Part shown: positions 30,081-39,628 of the stretch, piece by piece
Numbering within the stretch: the stretch's first letter is position 1
How the letters are laid out: every line of letters begins with the position of its first letter
Source: an uncultured delta proteobacterium
GTDB lineage: Bacteria > Desulfobacterota > Binatia > Binatales > Binataceae
Direction: 5' to 3'
NCBI GenBank assembly: GCA_963794325.1
Contig: CAWCDG010000004.1
Span: 1,216,001 to 1,280,000, forward strand
Length of the DNA stretch: 64,000 nt
Notes under the pieces: generated by a model
The model's input: the letters and a program-made list of their open reading frames with translations, nothing else
What the model was told of the DNA's origin: nothing
The model's database searches: none
Translations under genes and position numbers: made by a program

Positions 30081-31292
30081 ATGCCGGGTGCAATGGAAGG
30101 AGTGAGAGTACTCGATCTGTCGACGATGGTCGCGGGGCCGGTCGCGGCGATGATGCTCGCCGATCAGGGCGCGGATGTTATCAAGGTCGAGTCACCGCGC
30201 GGCGATCTCATGCGTCACTTCAGCCGCGGGCGCAACGGGATGAACGCATCCTTTCTGTCCTGCAACCGCAACAAGCGTTCGGTAGCAGTCGATCTCAAGT
30301 CGGCGGATGGTCTCGAGATTCTGAAGAAACTGATTGCCACCGCACAAGTGTTAGTTCATAACTTTCGTCCCGGAATTGCCGAGCGCATGGGCCTTGGCGA
30401 AGAGGCGGTAAGAGCTATCCGTAGCGACATCGTATATGTGTCGATAACCGGATACGGAACCAAGGGCCCGTATGCCAAGCAGCGCGCCTATGATCCGGTG
30501 ATCCAGGCTATGTCGGGGTTGGCGGATGTTCAGCGCGACCGCGACACCGGGCGGCCCAGGATGGTAAGAACCATCATTGCCGACTACACGACCGCCTTGA
30601 CCGCAGCTCAAGCGATCACAGCCGCACTTTTCGCGCGCGAGCGGACGGGAGTCGGACAGCACGTGCAGCTATCGATGCTGGACTCGATGATTTCCTACAT
30701 GTGGCCTGAGGCGATGCCGAGTCTGACCTTTGTCGGCAATGAGACCGATCCCTCAGACGGAGAGTTAGGCCCCGATCTCGTATTCGCGACGCAGGACCGA
30801 TATATCACGGCGGCGGCGCTGTCCGACGACGAATGGGCCGGAATGTGCCGGGCGCTCAATCGGGAGGAGCTGATCGACGATCCGCGCTTCAAGACGGCGC
30901 GCGATCGATCGATCAACGCGGTTGAGCGGCGCACGATAACCTCGAGCGAGTTGGAGAAGTGGCGGGCCGACGAAATCCTGCCGCGGCTGCTGGCCAACGA
31001 TGTTCCGTGCGCGCCGGTCCGCAGCCGTTTTGAATTGCTGCAGGACGAGCAGGTGCGCGAGAACCACATCCTGGAAGAGTTTGAGACCAAGGAATTCGGG
31101 AAAGTGCGGATGCCGCGGGCGGCGGCCCGATTCGATCGCACGCCGGCGACGGTTCGCACGATGGCGCCCGTTCTAGGAGCCGACAATGCGAGCATCCTGG
31201 CGGAACTCGGCTACGGCGCAGACGACATCAAGGGGCTGGGAAACGCTGGTGTCCTAAACAACCAATCGAAGAAGGAATCCGCTGGTGGATAA
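30081..31292 (+). CDS. CaiB/BaiF family III CoA-transferase
   Basis: RVLDLS...AGP...LADQGADVIKVE, NRNKRS, YDPVIQA.SG. Confidence 0.95.
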   Translation: MPGAMEGVRVLDLSTMVAGPVAAMMLADQGADVIKVESPRGDLMRHFSRGRNGMNASFLSCNRNKRSVAVDLKSADGLEILKKLIATAQVLVHNFRPGIAERMGLGEEAVRAIRSDIVYVSITGYGTKGPYAKQRAYDPVIQAMSGLADVQRDRDTGRPRMVRTIIADYTTALTAAQAITAALFARERTGVGQHVQLSMLDSMISYMWPEAMPSLTFVGNETDPSDGELGPDLVFATQDRYITAAALSDDEWAGMCRALNREELIDDPRFKTARDRSINAVERRTITSSELEKWRADEILPRLLANDVPCAPVRSRFELLQDEQVRENHILEEFETKEFGKVRMPRAAARFDRTPATVRTMAPVLGADNASILAELGYGADDIKGLGNAGVLNNQSKKESAGG

Positions 31293-31992
31293 GAAGAATC
31301 CAGTTGCAATCGTGACCGGGGTGGGTCCGGGGACAGGCGCGGCGATCGCGCGCCGCTTTGCGCAAGGCGGATACTCGGTTGCGATGCTCGCGCGCAACCG
31401 CGATCGTCTCGATTCGCTGCAGCGAGAGATTCCGAACTCGCACGCGTATCAATGCGATGTCACCGATGAAGCGCAGATCGACAAGACTCTTGATGCGATA
31501 CGCGCCAAACTCGGCGCGCCCAAGGTGTTGGTCCACAATGCGGTAGGCGGCGCCTTCGGGAATTTTTTGGAAATCGATCCCAAAGTCCTGAATCAGAACT
31601 TTCAGGTGAATACGATGGCGCTGCTGTATCTGGCGCGACGGCTCGCACCCGCAATGGTCGCCGCGGGAGAAGGCGCCATTATAGCCAGCGGGAATACCTC
31701 TGCGCTTCGCGGCAAGGCCAGCTTTGCCGGGTTCGCGCCGACCAAGGCCGCGCAGCGCATTCTTGCAGAGTCGATAGCTCGCGAGCTGGGACCTAAGGGT
31801 GTGCATGTCGCCTACGTCCTGATCGATGCGGTTATCGACCTTGAGTGGACGCGCAAGCGTTTTGCTGGCGCGCCCGACGATTTCTTTATCAAGCCGAGTG
31901 CTATAGCTGATGAAGTCTGGCATGTGGCGCATCAGGAGCGGTGCGCATGGTCGTTTAATGTAGAGATACGGCCGTTTCGGGAGACTTGGTGA
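31285..31992 (+). CDS. SDR with FxxxK active site
   Basis: GVGPGTG, FAPTKA, VHVAYV.ID. Confidence 0.9.
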   Translation: MDKKNPVAIVTGVGPGTGAAIARRFAQGGYSVAMLARNRDRLDSLQREIPNSHAYQCDVTDEAQIDKTLDAIRAKLGAPKVLVHNAVGGAFGNFLEIDPKVLNQNFQVNTMALLYLARRLAPAMVAAGEGAIIASGNTSALRGKASFAGFAPTKAAQRILAESIARELGPKGVHVAYVLIDAVIDLEWTRKRFAGAPDDFFIKPSAIADEVWHVAHQERCAWSFNVEIRPFRETW

Positions 31993-32005
31993 GTGGTAGG
32001 TCTTG

Positions 32006-32430
32006 AGGAACCTAACCCCTAACCCCTTCCCGCGCGGGAAGGGGGACCGGATGGAGAACGAAAGCTGTGCATGCGGAGGCGGAATCTTGAATCGCGCGCG
32101 AAAAATGCGCGCTGGACAAGGTCCCTCTCCTTAAATCCTCTCCCGACGGGAGAGGGGAAGAAGGATCCGGGATTCTTCGCTTCGCTCTGAATGACACAAG
32201 GATAGGAAGCAGAGGGTAAGAACAACCGTAGGCGGAATCTTGAATCGCGCGCGCAGCGCGCGCTGTGTAAGGACCCTCACCTTTGATCCTCTCCCTAACA
32301 GGGAGAGGGGAAGAAAGAGTGGCGGACGCGTCGGGGAACCTAACCCCTAACCCCTTCCCGAGCGGGAAGGGGAACCGGATTAGGGGGAGTAACCTTTTCC
32401 CAAGTGGGAAGGGGGACCGGATGGAGGACA
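32006..32430. repeat. Composite cluster of palindromic repeats
   Basis: 2x AACCTAACCCCTAACCCCTTCCC..GGGAAGGGG, 2x AGGCGGAATCTTGAATCGCGCGCG..CCTCTCCC..GGGAGAGGGGAAGAA, 1x REP-like (32160-32196). Confidence 0.85.
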
Positions 32431-32436
32431 GGAGCT

Positions 32437-33249
32437 ATGAGCGATTTACGAATATTTTCCTATTTGCCTAATCCTCGCATTTGGAAGGCTACTATTGCGG
32501 CGCGGCTTTGCGGGGTTGACGTAGAGGTAAGAGGGAGCTCGCCTAAGGAGTTGCAGGCATGGCTATGGGACTTTGACGCGCATCCTTTGTCGAGCAGTGA
32601 GCTTGCATCATCTGCTGATGCGCGGACTGGTAAGGTAGGCTTCAAGGGGACATTGCATAAGACGGCCGCGTTCATTGAGGCGCATCCGTTTGGCACTGTT
32701 CCAGCCGCGTTCAGTCCTGACGGGAAGATTGGCATTTTCGAATCTAACAGTGTTATGCGAGCGGTGGCGCGGCTCGGTGAAGAACGATTCCCGCTGTATG
32801 GCAGCGACGCCTATGAAGCGTCGCGCATCGACAGCTTCCTCGATGCTAGCCTGGTGTTCGCGCGCGACTCACAGATTTATCTGCTGTCGTTGATCAGTGG
32901 AACGGTATCGGTTGAGATTCACGCGAGGATGTGCGACGGATTCAAGGTCTATATGGGTGGAATCAATCAGGCGTTGTCGCCGGAACGCGATTTCATTGTG
33001 GGTGAGAGTGTGACTCTTGCGGACATATGCTTCGCGGCAGAATTAGCGCTGTTCTTTAACGAAAAGGCGAGACCGGGTGAGCTTCTGAAGAAAACCCTCG
33101 AGCCGATTCTGCATGATGGCGTTGATTCGGAATTTCCACTGGCCTTTGCCCATTTTACAAGGTTGAGCAAGCATGCAGCGTTTGCACCTGACATGGAGCC
33201 CTACCTGAAAAAAATAGAGTCATCGAGGACAACCCATCCTGGCCGGTAG
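32437..33249 (+). CDS. GST-like protein (EF1B-gamma-like GST fold)
   Basis: NPR..KA.IAA, PFGTVPA, FESN...RAVA, TLADI. Confidence 0.8.
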   Translation: MSDLRIFSYLPNPRIWKATIAARLCGVDVEVRGSSPKELQAWLWDFDAHPLSSSELASSADARTGKVGFKGTLHKTAAFIEAHPFGTVPAAFSPDGKIGIFESNSVMRAVARLGEERFPLYGSDAYEASRIDSFLDASLVFARDSQIYLLSLISGTVSVEIHARMCDGFKVYMGGINQALSPERDFIVGESVTLADICFAAELALFFNEKARPGELLKKTLEPILHDGVDSEFPLAFAHFTRLSKHAAFAPDMEPYLKKIESSRTTHPGR

Positions 33250-33252
33250 CAT

Positions 33253-33903
33253 TCAACTTGGGCGCAGCGATTCACGCATCATTCTAATCATTGCCTGAGT
33301 CGTGGCGGTGTCGTTGAGGCGCGGAAACGGCTCGTCAGGAACGGGGACGTCGAGGAAGCGGCACAGCGGGGCCCATCCTTCGCGCACGTCGAAGACCAGC
33401 AGGCGCGCGGGATCGATCGTATCGCAGACCTCCTGAGTGTGACGAGCGAAGACCTCGAGCGCGTGGGCCTTATCTTCGAAGCGGTTGTCGAATGTTTCAG
33501 CGAGAATCGACTTCCGGGTCATCTCACTTTGGAGGCGGATGATCTCGGGGGAATCGAGGGGCGCCGGCTCGCTCATCGCCTGATAGATAGTGTTGGTCAT
33601 GCTCTTGTACCAGGCTTCCGGATCGCGAACTGATAGCAGTACTTTGGCGTCCGGATAGTGAGCGGCGATTTCGCGCCACCATCGGGCGGTCGGCCAATCG
33701 ACGGTTGCATGGAAGCCGGCGAAGAGCTGATCCCAGTCGATCGGTTGGCCGAATGCCAACCTATGCCACATGGCGACGTGATCGGGTCGCGGGAAGACTT
33801 CCGCCATGTGGTAGCAGGGGCCGAAGCCGAGCTTTTCGAGCGCGGTTTTAAGTGAGAGCGTGCCGGTTCGTCCGAAGCCAGCGCCGACGATTTTCAATGC
33901 CAT
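33253..33903 (-). CDS. Sulfotransferase-family P-loop protein
   Basis: GAGFGRTGT.SLK.ALE.LG..PCYHM, VDWP, GW.PLC.FL..P.P..PFP..N. Confidence 0.9.
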   Translation of the reverse strand: MALKIVGAGFGRTGTLSLKTALEKLGFGPCYHMAEVFPRPDHVAMWHRLAFGQPIDWDQLFAGFHATVDWPTARWWREIAAHYPDAKVLLSVRDPEAWYKSMTNTIYQAMSEPAPLDSPEIIRLQSEMTRKSILAETFDNRFEDKAHALEVFARHTQEVCDTIDPARLLVFDVREGWAPLCRFLDVPVPDEPFPRLNDTATTQAMIRMMRESLRPS

Positions 33904-33909
33904 GACCTT

Positions 33910-33943
33910 TCCCCTAGCCCCTCTCCCTTCAAGGAGAGGGAAA
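33910..33943. repeat. CCCTCTCC..GGAGAGGG hairpin repeat copy
   Basis: Same family as the copies at 11693 and 32130. Confidence 0.5.
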
Positions 33944-34022
33944 ACGCGACATCCTAAGTTGAGGGAATAAATTCCGTCCTACGCAGTCTCCAGGCATGGG
34001 CGCGCGACCGCGAGCTGTGACG

Positions 34023-34349
34023 CTACTTCAGCGACGAGAATTTGGTCGGCGTCAGTATCGTAGTGTTGATCGACGCGACTATCGGGCCGCCTTCCTCGCT
34101 CTTGTTGCGTACTGCGATCCATTCCGGATCCGCCTGAAACGCCGCGAATTTCAATTGGCGTTCATCCAGCGAATCCCATTTCAGGATGTAGTAGAGGTCT
34201 GCGTTTGATTCGCCGATCGCTACAGTCCAGAAGCCGACGGGCTCGATGCCATGCTTCTCGAACAGCTTGACGGTAGCGGTCTCGAAGCGGGTCACCACGG
34301 CCGGCAGCTTGCCCGGCATACAATGATAAATTCGCAGTTCGTATAGCAT
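34023..34349 (-). CDS. NIPSNAP family protein
   Basis: YELRIY...PGK, F.KHG...VGFW, F..DPEW, L.PT.FS. Confidence 0.92.
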   Translation of the reverse strand: MLYELRIYHCMPGKLPAVVTRFETATVKLFEKHGIEPVGFWTVAIGESNADLYYILKWDSLDERQLKFAAFQADPEWIAVRNKSEEGGPIVASINTTILTPTKFSSLK

Positions 34350-34362
34350 CTGAAGATTATGT

Positions 34363-34439
34363 TGGTGGAGCTGACGCGGATCGAACGCGCGACCTCCTGA
34401 ATGCCATTCAGGCGCTCTCCCAAACTGAGCTACAGCCCC
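34363..34439 (-). tRNA. tRNA-Ala(GGC)
   Basis: GGGGCTGTAGCTCAG...CCTGA-ATGGCAT-TCAGG...GTTCGATC...CTCCACCA with G3:U70. Confidence 0.97.
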
Positions 34440-34510
34440 ACCGTTGGCAGGTTTTTCAGCTAATCGGATAGCGTCGACGGTGTCAACCGACCGGCGGAAA
34501 GCCGGCTACA

Positions 34511-35056
34511 TCACTTCAGCTTGCTGCGCCATTCGGTCCAATTGACTTTCCGCGATTCGATGACCTCGAGGTCGGCGAGCGCGATTTGATCGGTGAACAG
34601 GATCAGGTTGTCACATGACCAGCGAGCGTTCGGGGCGATGATACTGTCGAAGCCGAGGAAATAAGCGGCGTCGCCGATTGCCTGAGTCTGCTCATAGAGG
34701 ATCTCGCGATATCGGGCGGGGTCGACGCCAAGCGGAACCATCGCGTCTAAATTCGGAAGCCTGAGAGTCTTCGCAGTCCTGACCTTGATGCGATGTAATC
34801 CATACCTGATTTTCGACGGAAAGACCGGCTGACGTGAGAGATGAAATTGGACTTCCGCAACGGCGCCATCTGGATCCAGAGAAGTATAGAGTACGTCGAA
34901 CAGCGTGGGATCCCAGCGTCCGCCGGAAACGCTTCCCTGCAGAGGATCCCGACCGTCGCGCACGGTCCGCCAAGTCTCTCCAGCGTAAGGAACTCTATCG
35001 AAGGCGTCGAGCGCGTCGAGCAGTGCGGGATCGCGCGGCTTGCGTGCTCGCGGCAT
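34511..35056 (-). CDS. RES domain toxin (NAD+ phosphorylase-like)
   Basis: WR, GGRW, LYTS...A.AE, Y..TQ.IG.AA..LG...I..P.AR. Confidence 0.88.
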   Translation of the reverse strand: MPRARKPRDPALLDALDAFDRVPYAGETWRTVRDGRDPLQGSVSGGRWDPTLFDVLYTSLDPDGAVAEVQFHLSRQPVFPSKIRYGLHRIKVRTAKTLRLPNLDAMVPLGVDPARYREILYEQTQAIGDAAYFLGFDSIIAPNARWSCDNLILFTDQIALADLEVIESRKVNWTEWRSKLK

Positions 35057-35076
35057 CGCAGCTCAAGCCGCGGCAA

Positions 35077-35415
35077 TCATAGGTAGGCGCCGGCGTCCAG
35101 GCGCTCGATGACGGCCAGGACTTCCTGGGTGCGGTCGGCGATGATCACGTCGATCGCGCGCTCGTTGTTAAGCAGCGGATGTTTCGCATGAAGCCATAGC
35201 CGGGTCTCCGCTGGCGTGTAGAAGTCTGACAATCGATCGACGACGTAGCGCAGATCGGCAATGATGGTCTGGGTCGCGAGCGGCGGCGAGGCTTTACCGC
35301 TCTTCCATCGCGACACACTCGGTCGGGACGCATTGACGATGTTAGCGACGTCGGAGCCCTTGAGGCCGCCACGCTGCTCGAGGTCGTTAAGAATTCGGGC
35401 TACTGCGCTCTTCAT
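35077..35415 (-). CDS. Xre/MbcA/ParS-type antitoxin
   Basis: N-terminal HTH (VSRWKSG), WL...HP.L..ER.ID, G.Y C-terminus; upstream of the RES gene. Confidence 0.88.
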   Translation of the reverse strand: MKSAVARILNDLEQRGGLKGSDVANIVNASRPSVSRWKSGKASPPLATQTIIADLRYVVDRLSDFYTPAETRLWLHAKHPLLNNERAIDVIIADRTQEVLAVIERLDAGAYL

Positions 35416-35529
35416 GAAGGTTCCACCGTCTGAAGCTCAATCGTACCCTGTTGCATAACTATTTCACAAGAGGGGCTGGATGAAACTAAAATGCAAACAC
35501 GCGCAATCAGCCTATTGCCACCAAACACG

Positions 35530-37224
35530 TCACCCGCGGGCGCGATCGAGCAATTCGCGGGCGGCGCGGCGGAATTTATCGGACACTTCGCCGCCGAGCA
35601 TCCGCGCGATCTCCTCGGTGCGGTCGCCTTCCAGAATCGCAACGCGGCTGCGCGTCGAGCCGCGCCGCTCTTCTTTTTCGACGGTGAGATGACGGTCAGC
35701 GAACGCCGCGATCTGCGCGAGATGTGTGACGCACAGTATCTGATGGAAGTGCGAGAGCTGTTTCAGTTTGCGGCCTACCACTTGTGCGACCGCACCACCG
35801 ATTCCGGCGTCCACCTCGTCGAAGATCATCGTGGCGACGCCGCGACGCTGGGCCTCGAGGCGCTTGAGCGCGAGCATCACGCGCGAAAGCTCGCCGCCCG
35901 AAGCAATTCTCAACAACGGCATCGCGGGCTGACCGACGTTCGGCGACAGATGAAACTCGATCGTGTCTGCACCGAACGGACCTAGCGCCGCGCCGCCATG
36001 CATGAAGCCGGCGTCGTCGGGGCCGAGCGCGCCCAGTCGAGGCTCGAATCCCGGCGAGCGCATTCCGAGCGACTTCAGCTCAGCTTCCATCTTGCGGCCA
36101 AGGTCGGCGGCCGCGCGCTTGCGAATCGAGGACAGTTTGTTTGCGTGCGCGACGAGTTCGTCGAGCGCTGAATTCATGGCGGCTTCGACCTGGGCCTTCG
36201 ACTCGCCGATTCCTTCGAGATCGGCAATCTCGGATCGCGATCGTTGCAAGGTTTCGAGCGCGGTGTCGATTGAGCCGCCGTATTTTCGCTTGAGTCGGGT
36301 CAGTTCCTGGAGGCGGTTGTCGATTTCTTCGAGACGCGCGGGATCCGCCTCGATTTTCGATGCGTACGCACCAAGGGTGCGCGCCGCTTCCTCGAGGTTT
36401 GCGCGGGCCGATTTGATCATCTCGAGTGCGTCGCCGAGTTTTGGATCGAGCGCGGCAGCTTCGACCAGGCGCGCCTCTGCGCGCGAGACTGTGTCGGTCG
36501 CAGCGCCGTCGGCGCCGTAGAGCGCCTGCTCGGCTTCGAGCGCAGCGCTGGCGAGCTTGCTCGCGTTAACGAGCACGGTTCGCTCGCGCGACAGTTCCTC
36601 GTCTTCGCCGGCGACGAGGCCGGCGCGATCGAGTTCATTGGCGCGGAATTTTGCGAGTTCCAGCAAATCGGCACGTTCACGTTCGCGGCGGTTCAGGTCT
36701 TGAAATTGAGACTGGATTTCTTCGGCGTGGACGTATCGAGCCCGATACAACGCGAGTTCTTCGTCGAGGTTTGCGTAGCGATCGAGAATCTCGCGATGGC
36801 TCTCGGCGCGAAGCAACGAATGCTGCTCGTGCTGTCCGTAAACCTGGACCAGCGACGCGCCTATTCTGCCGAGGCTTTGCACGGTGGCGAGTTCGCCGTC
36901 GATGGTGACGCGCGAGCGTCCACCGCCCTCTGCTATAACCCGGCGCACGAGCAACTCGCGGCGCCCGCCGTCGCTTTTGCGCGCCGTCAGATCAGGAATC
37001 GCGGCCTCACCCTCTAGCTCGAACAAGCCCTCGACCACTGCTTCTTTTTCGCCGGCGCGAATCATATCGGGAGACGCGCGCGAGCCGAGCAGCAATCCGA
37101 GCGCGCTCAGGATGATTGTCTTACCCGCGCCAGTCTCGCCGGACAGAACGTTGAGACCGGCGCCGAACTCGAGATGAGCCTGCTCGATAATCGCGAAGTT
37201 GCGTATGTTCAGTTCGAGCAACAT
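35530..37224 (-). CDS. recN: DNA repair protein RecN
   Basis: SGETGAGKT, ASGGELSR.MLA, FDEVDAGIGG, CVTHLAQ. Confidence 0.97.
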   Translation of the reverse strand: MLLELNIRNFAIIEQAHLEFGAGLNVLSGETGAGKTIILSALGLLLGSRASPDMIRAGEKEAVVEGLFELEGEAAIPDLTARKSDGGRRELLVRRVIAEGGGRSRVTIDGELATVQSLGRIGASLVQVYGQHEQHSLLRAESHREILDRYANLDEELALYRARYVHAEEIQSQFQDLNRRERERADLLELAKFRANELDRAGLVAGEDEELSRERTVLVNASKLASAALEAEQALYGADGAATDTVSRAEARLVEAAALDPKLGDALEMIKSARANLEEAARTLGAYASKIEADPARLEEIDNRLQELTRLKRKYGGSIDTALETLQRSRSEIADLEGIGESKAQVEAAMNSALDELVAHANKLSSIRKRAAADLGRKMEAELKSLGMRSPGFEPRLGALGPDDAGFMHGGAALGPFGADTIEFHLSPNVGQPAMPLLRIASGGELSRVMLALKRLEAQRRGVATMIFDEVDAGIGGAVAQVVGRKLKQLSHFHQILCVTHLAQIAAFADRHLTVEKEERRGSTRSRVAILEGDRTEEIARMLGGEVSDKFRRAARELLDRARG

Positions 37225-37239
37225 TCGGGACGCGCGCGG

Positions 37240-38106
37240 CTATCCCCAGTGAAGCTTGTCGCGCCAGATTTCGAAATACGGATGAGCGGAGCGGATTAAC
37301 GAGACGAAGTGGCTACCGCGGTGAATTTTGATCACGTCGTCGGGTCCAAGCTGCGACGACTCCTGGCCGTCGACGGTGAAAGTCGTGTCGTGGTCGGGTG
37401 CCTTGACGTGAATTTCGATTTCGTAAGTGTCGGGCAAAACGACGGGGCGGTTGCTCAGAGTGTGCGGGCAGATGGGCGCCAGCACGATCGCGCCGAGAGT
37501 CGGATATACGATCGGACCGCCCGCGGAGAGCGCGTATGCGGTCGAGCCGGTGGGCGTCGCGATGATCAAGCCGTCGGCGCGATACGAGCAGAAGTGTGTA
37601 TGGTTGGCGAAAACGTCGAGTTCGAGCATCCTGCCGAGCGGACCTTTGCCGACCACCACGTCGTTGAAGGCCTGGAAGGATTGCGGGATCTCCTCGGAGG
37701 CGCGATCGACGATCGCCTCGAGCATGATGCGCCGATCGACCTCGTAGTCGCCGGCGAGGACGCGGCCCAACGCCGCGCGCGCTTCCGAGATAGTCACTTC
37801 GGTCAGGAAGCCGAGCCCGCCAAGATTCACGCCGAGAATCGGAGTGCCCTCCGACGCGACCAGCCGGGCGACGCCGAGCAGCGTGCCGTCGCCACCGAGC
37901 ACGACTATCAGATCGGCGCGATCGGCTAGGTGATGGCGCTCGACACCCTCGGCGCCGATTTTTTTTGCAGTTTCCGAGTCGGCAATCGGAGTCCTGTGCT
38001 TTGCACGAAGAAAGCGGGTGAGGGTGCGCGCAATCGCGATCGCTTCGGGCCGCTCGCGTTTGACGACGAGGCCGACGGTCTTTATGGGGCGCTTCGCCGA
38101 TGCCAT
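37240..38106 (-). CDS. nadK: NAD+ kinase
   Basis: GGDGT.L, G.LGFL, ND, DGLIIATPTGSTAY.LSAGGP. Confidence 0.97.
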   Translation of the reverse strand: MASAKRPIKTVGLVVKRERPEAIAIARTLTRFLRAKHRTPIADSETAKKIGAEGVERHHLADRADLIVVLGGDGTLLGVARLVASEGTPILGVNLGGLGFLTEVTISEARAALGRVLAGDYEVDRRIMLEAIVDRASEEIPQSFQAFNDVVVGKGPLGRMLELDVFANHTHFCSYRADGLIIATPTGSTAYALSAGGPIVYPTLGAIVLAPICPHTLSNRPVVLPDTYEIEIHVKAPDHDTTFTVDGQESSQLGPDDVIKIHRGSHFVSLIRSAHPYFEIWRDKLHWG

Positions 38107-38169
38107 CAGATGCTCATCATGCGCTGAAATTCCTAGCGACGCGAAGGCGACGAAATTGTGATTGCGCTC

Positions 38170-38616
38170 TCACTGAGCGGGTTTGGGAGGGAGCACAGCC
38201 TCCCTGGGGATTTTGTATGCGGTGCCAACGGCAGCCGGATTTTCTTTGCCGTACACAATGGCGACGGAGTTGATGTAGTAGCCGGTGGCGGACTCGGTAG
38301 TCTGCGCTGTGCTGGTGTTAATGACGATCGCATCAGCGCCGGTTTCGCAGGCCTTGCGCTGTACTGCGGGCAGCACCTCGGCCTCGGTCGCAAAGCGGTT
38401 GCCCAATGCCTCGACGATTGCGACCTTGCGAAAATCTCTCAGCGGTTCGTGGCGCAGCACAGGCATGTCGCAATCCGGCGGCTTGGCAGCGCGGCCAGAG
38501 GGCTCCACTTCGGAAAGGGTGACCTGCGGCGGCAGCGAAACCACGTGGGCGCATCCGGCGGCGGCAAGGGTCAGTAAAATGATGACGACGATTCGCACGA
38601 GTAATGAAGTATCCAC
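38170..38616 (-). CDS. Hypothetical lipoprotein
   Basis: Lipobox AAGC; KAC..GADAIVI. Confidence 0.7.
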   Translation of the reverse strand: MDTSLLVRIVVIILLTLAAAGCAHVVSLPPQVTLSEVEPSGRAAKPPDCDMPVLRHEPLRDFRKVAIVEALGNRFATEAEVLPAVQRKACETGADAIVINTSTAQTTESATGYYINSVAIVYGKENPAAVGTAYKIPREAVLPPKPAQ

Positions 38617-38741
38617 CGATACGTGTGGCGGGCAAGAGCGATTGGGTGTGTTCCGGCGGCTCGCTTTGGGCGTTGGTTGGTATAAAATCGCGATGCGCTC
38701 GCGTCGATCAGAACGTCGGCGGCGCAGGGCTGTACCTCACG

Positions 38742-39617
38742 ATGGCAAACACCGGCAAATCCAAGCGGCCGATGATCGGCGCGCATATGTCGATCGCCGG
38801 CGAAGTTGGCGAATCTTTGAATCGCGGCAAGCAAGCCGGCTGCGAATGTATCCAGATATTCACCAAGTCGTCGCGACAATGGGCGTCGAAGCCGTACACC
38901 GAGGAGGAAATCGAACGGTTCAAGCGCAATCGAATCGAAACCGGCATCACGACCGTGATCGCACACGACTCGTACCTGGTGAATCTGGGCGCGCCGGATG
39001 AAGCGATGCGACTGAAGTCGGTCAATGGAGTGATCGATGAGCTAAATCGATGTGAAGCGCTTGGCGTAGGCATCCTGGTTGCGCATCCGGGCGCGCATGT
39101 CGGATCGGGAATTGAGACGGGGATCAAAACGATTGCGAAATCGATCGACGAGGCGCATGCGGCGTGCAAAGGCTTCAAGGTGAAGATCGCGCTCGAAATC
39201 ACGGCGGGCCAGGGCAGTAATCTGGGGCATACGTTTGAGCAGATGGGGCAGATATTCGACGCCGTCGTGGAGAACGAGCGTATCCGGCTATGCTTCGACA
39301 CCGAGCATGCATTCGCCGCCGGTTACGACATCCGGACTCCGGAAGAGTATGAAAATACATTCGGCGAGCTCGACAAGTTTGTAGGCCTGAAGCGACTCGC
39401 GGCGTTTCATCTGAACGACTCGATCAAGGATTTCAATTCGCACGTCGATCGGCATCAGCATATCGGGAAAGGATTCATAGGACTCGACGCGTTTCGCCGG
39501 CTGCTCAACGATCCGCGATTCTTCGGATTGCCGATGTGCCTGGAGACGCCCAAAGGACCCGACATGAAAGAGGATATCGAGAACCTGGCGACATTACGCA
39601 GTCTGTTTGCGAACTGA
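38742..39617 (+). CDS. nfo: Endonuclease IV
   Basis: GAHMSIAG, HDSYL.NL, HPG, LE.TAGQG, DT.H, HLNDS, DRH. Confidence 0.97.
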   Translation: MANTGKSKRPMIGAHMSIAGEVGESLNRGKQAGCECIQIFTKSSRQWASKPYTEEEIERFKRNRIETGITTVIAHDSYLVNLGAPDEAMRLKSVNGVIDELNRCEALGVGILVAHPGAHVGSGIETGIKTIAKSIDEAHAACKGFKVKIALEITAGQGSNLGHTFEQMGQIFDAVVENERIRLCFDTEHAFAAGYDIRTPEEYENTFGELDKFVGLKRLAAFHLNDSIKDFNSHVDRHQHIGKGFIGLDAFRRLLNDPRFFGLPMCLETPKGPDMKEDIENLATLRSLFAN

Positions 39618-39628
39618 CTATTTGACAG

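Noticed and set aside
32006-32430. CRISPR array, or the small ORFs 32012-32197, 32019-32225 and 32283-32471
   Set aside because: Repeats are heterogeneous and irregularly spaced with no cas genes; the ORFs are translations of palindromic repeats.
34363-34439. tRNA-Ala as an island integration site
   Set aside because: I saw no integrase and no duplicated tRNA 3' end in the window.
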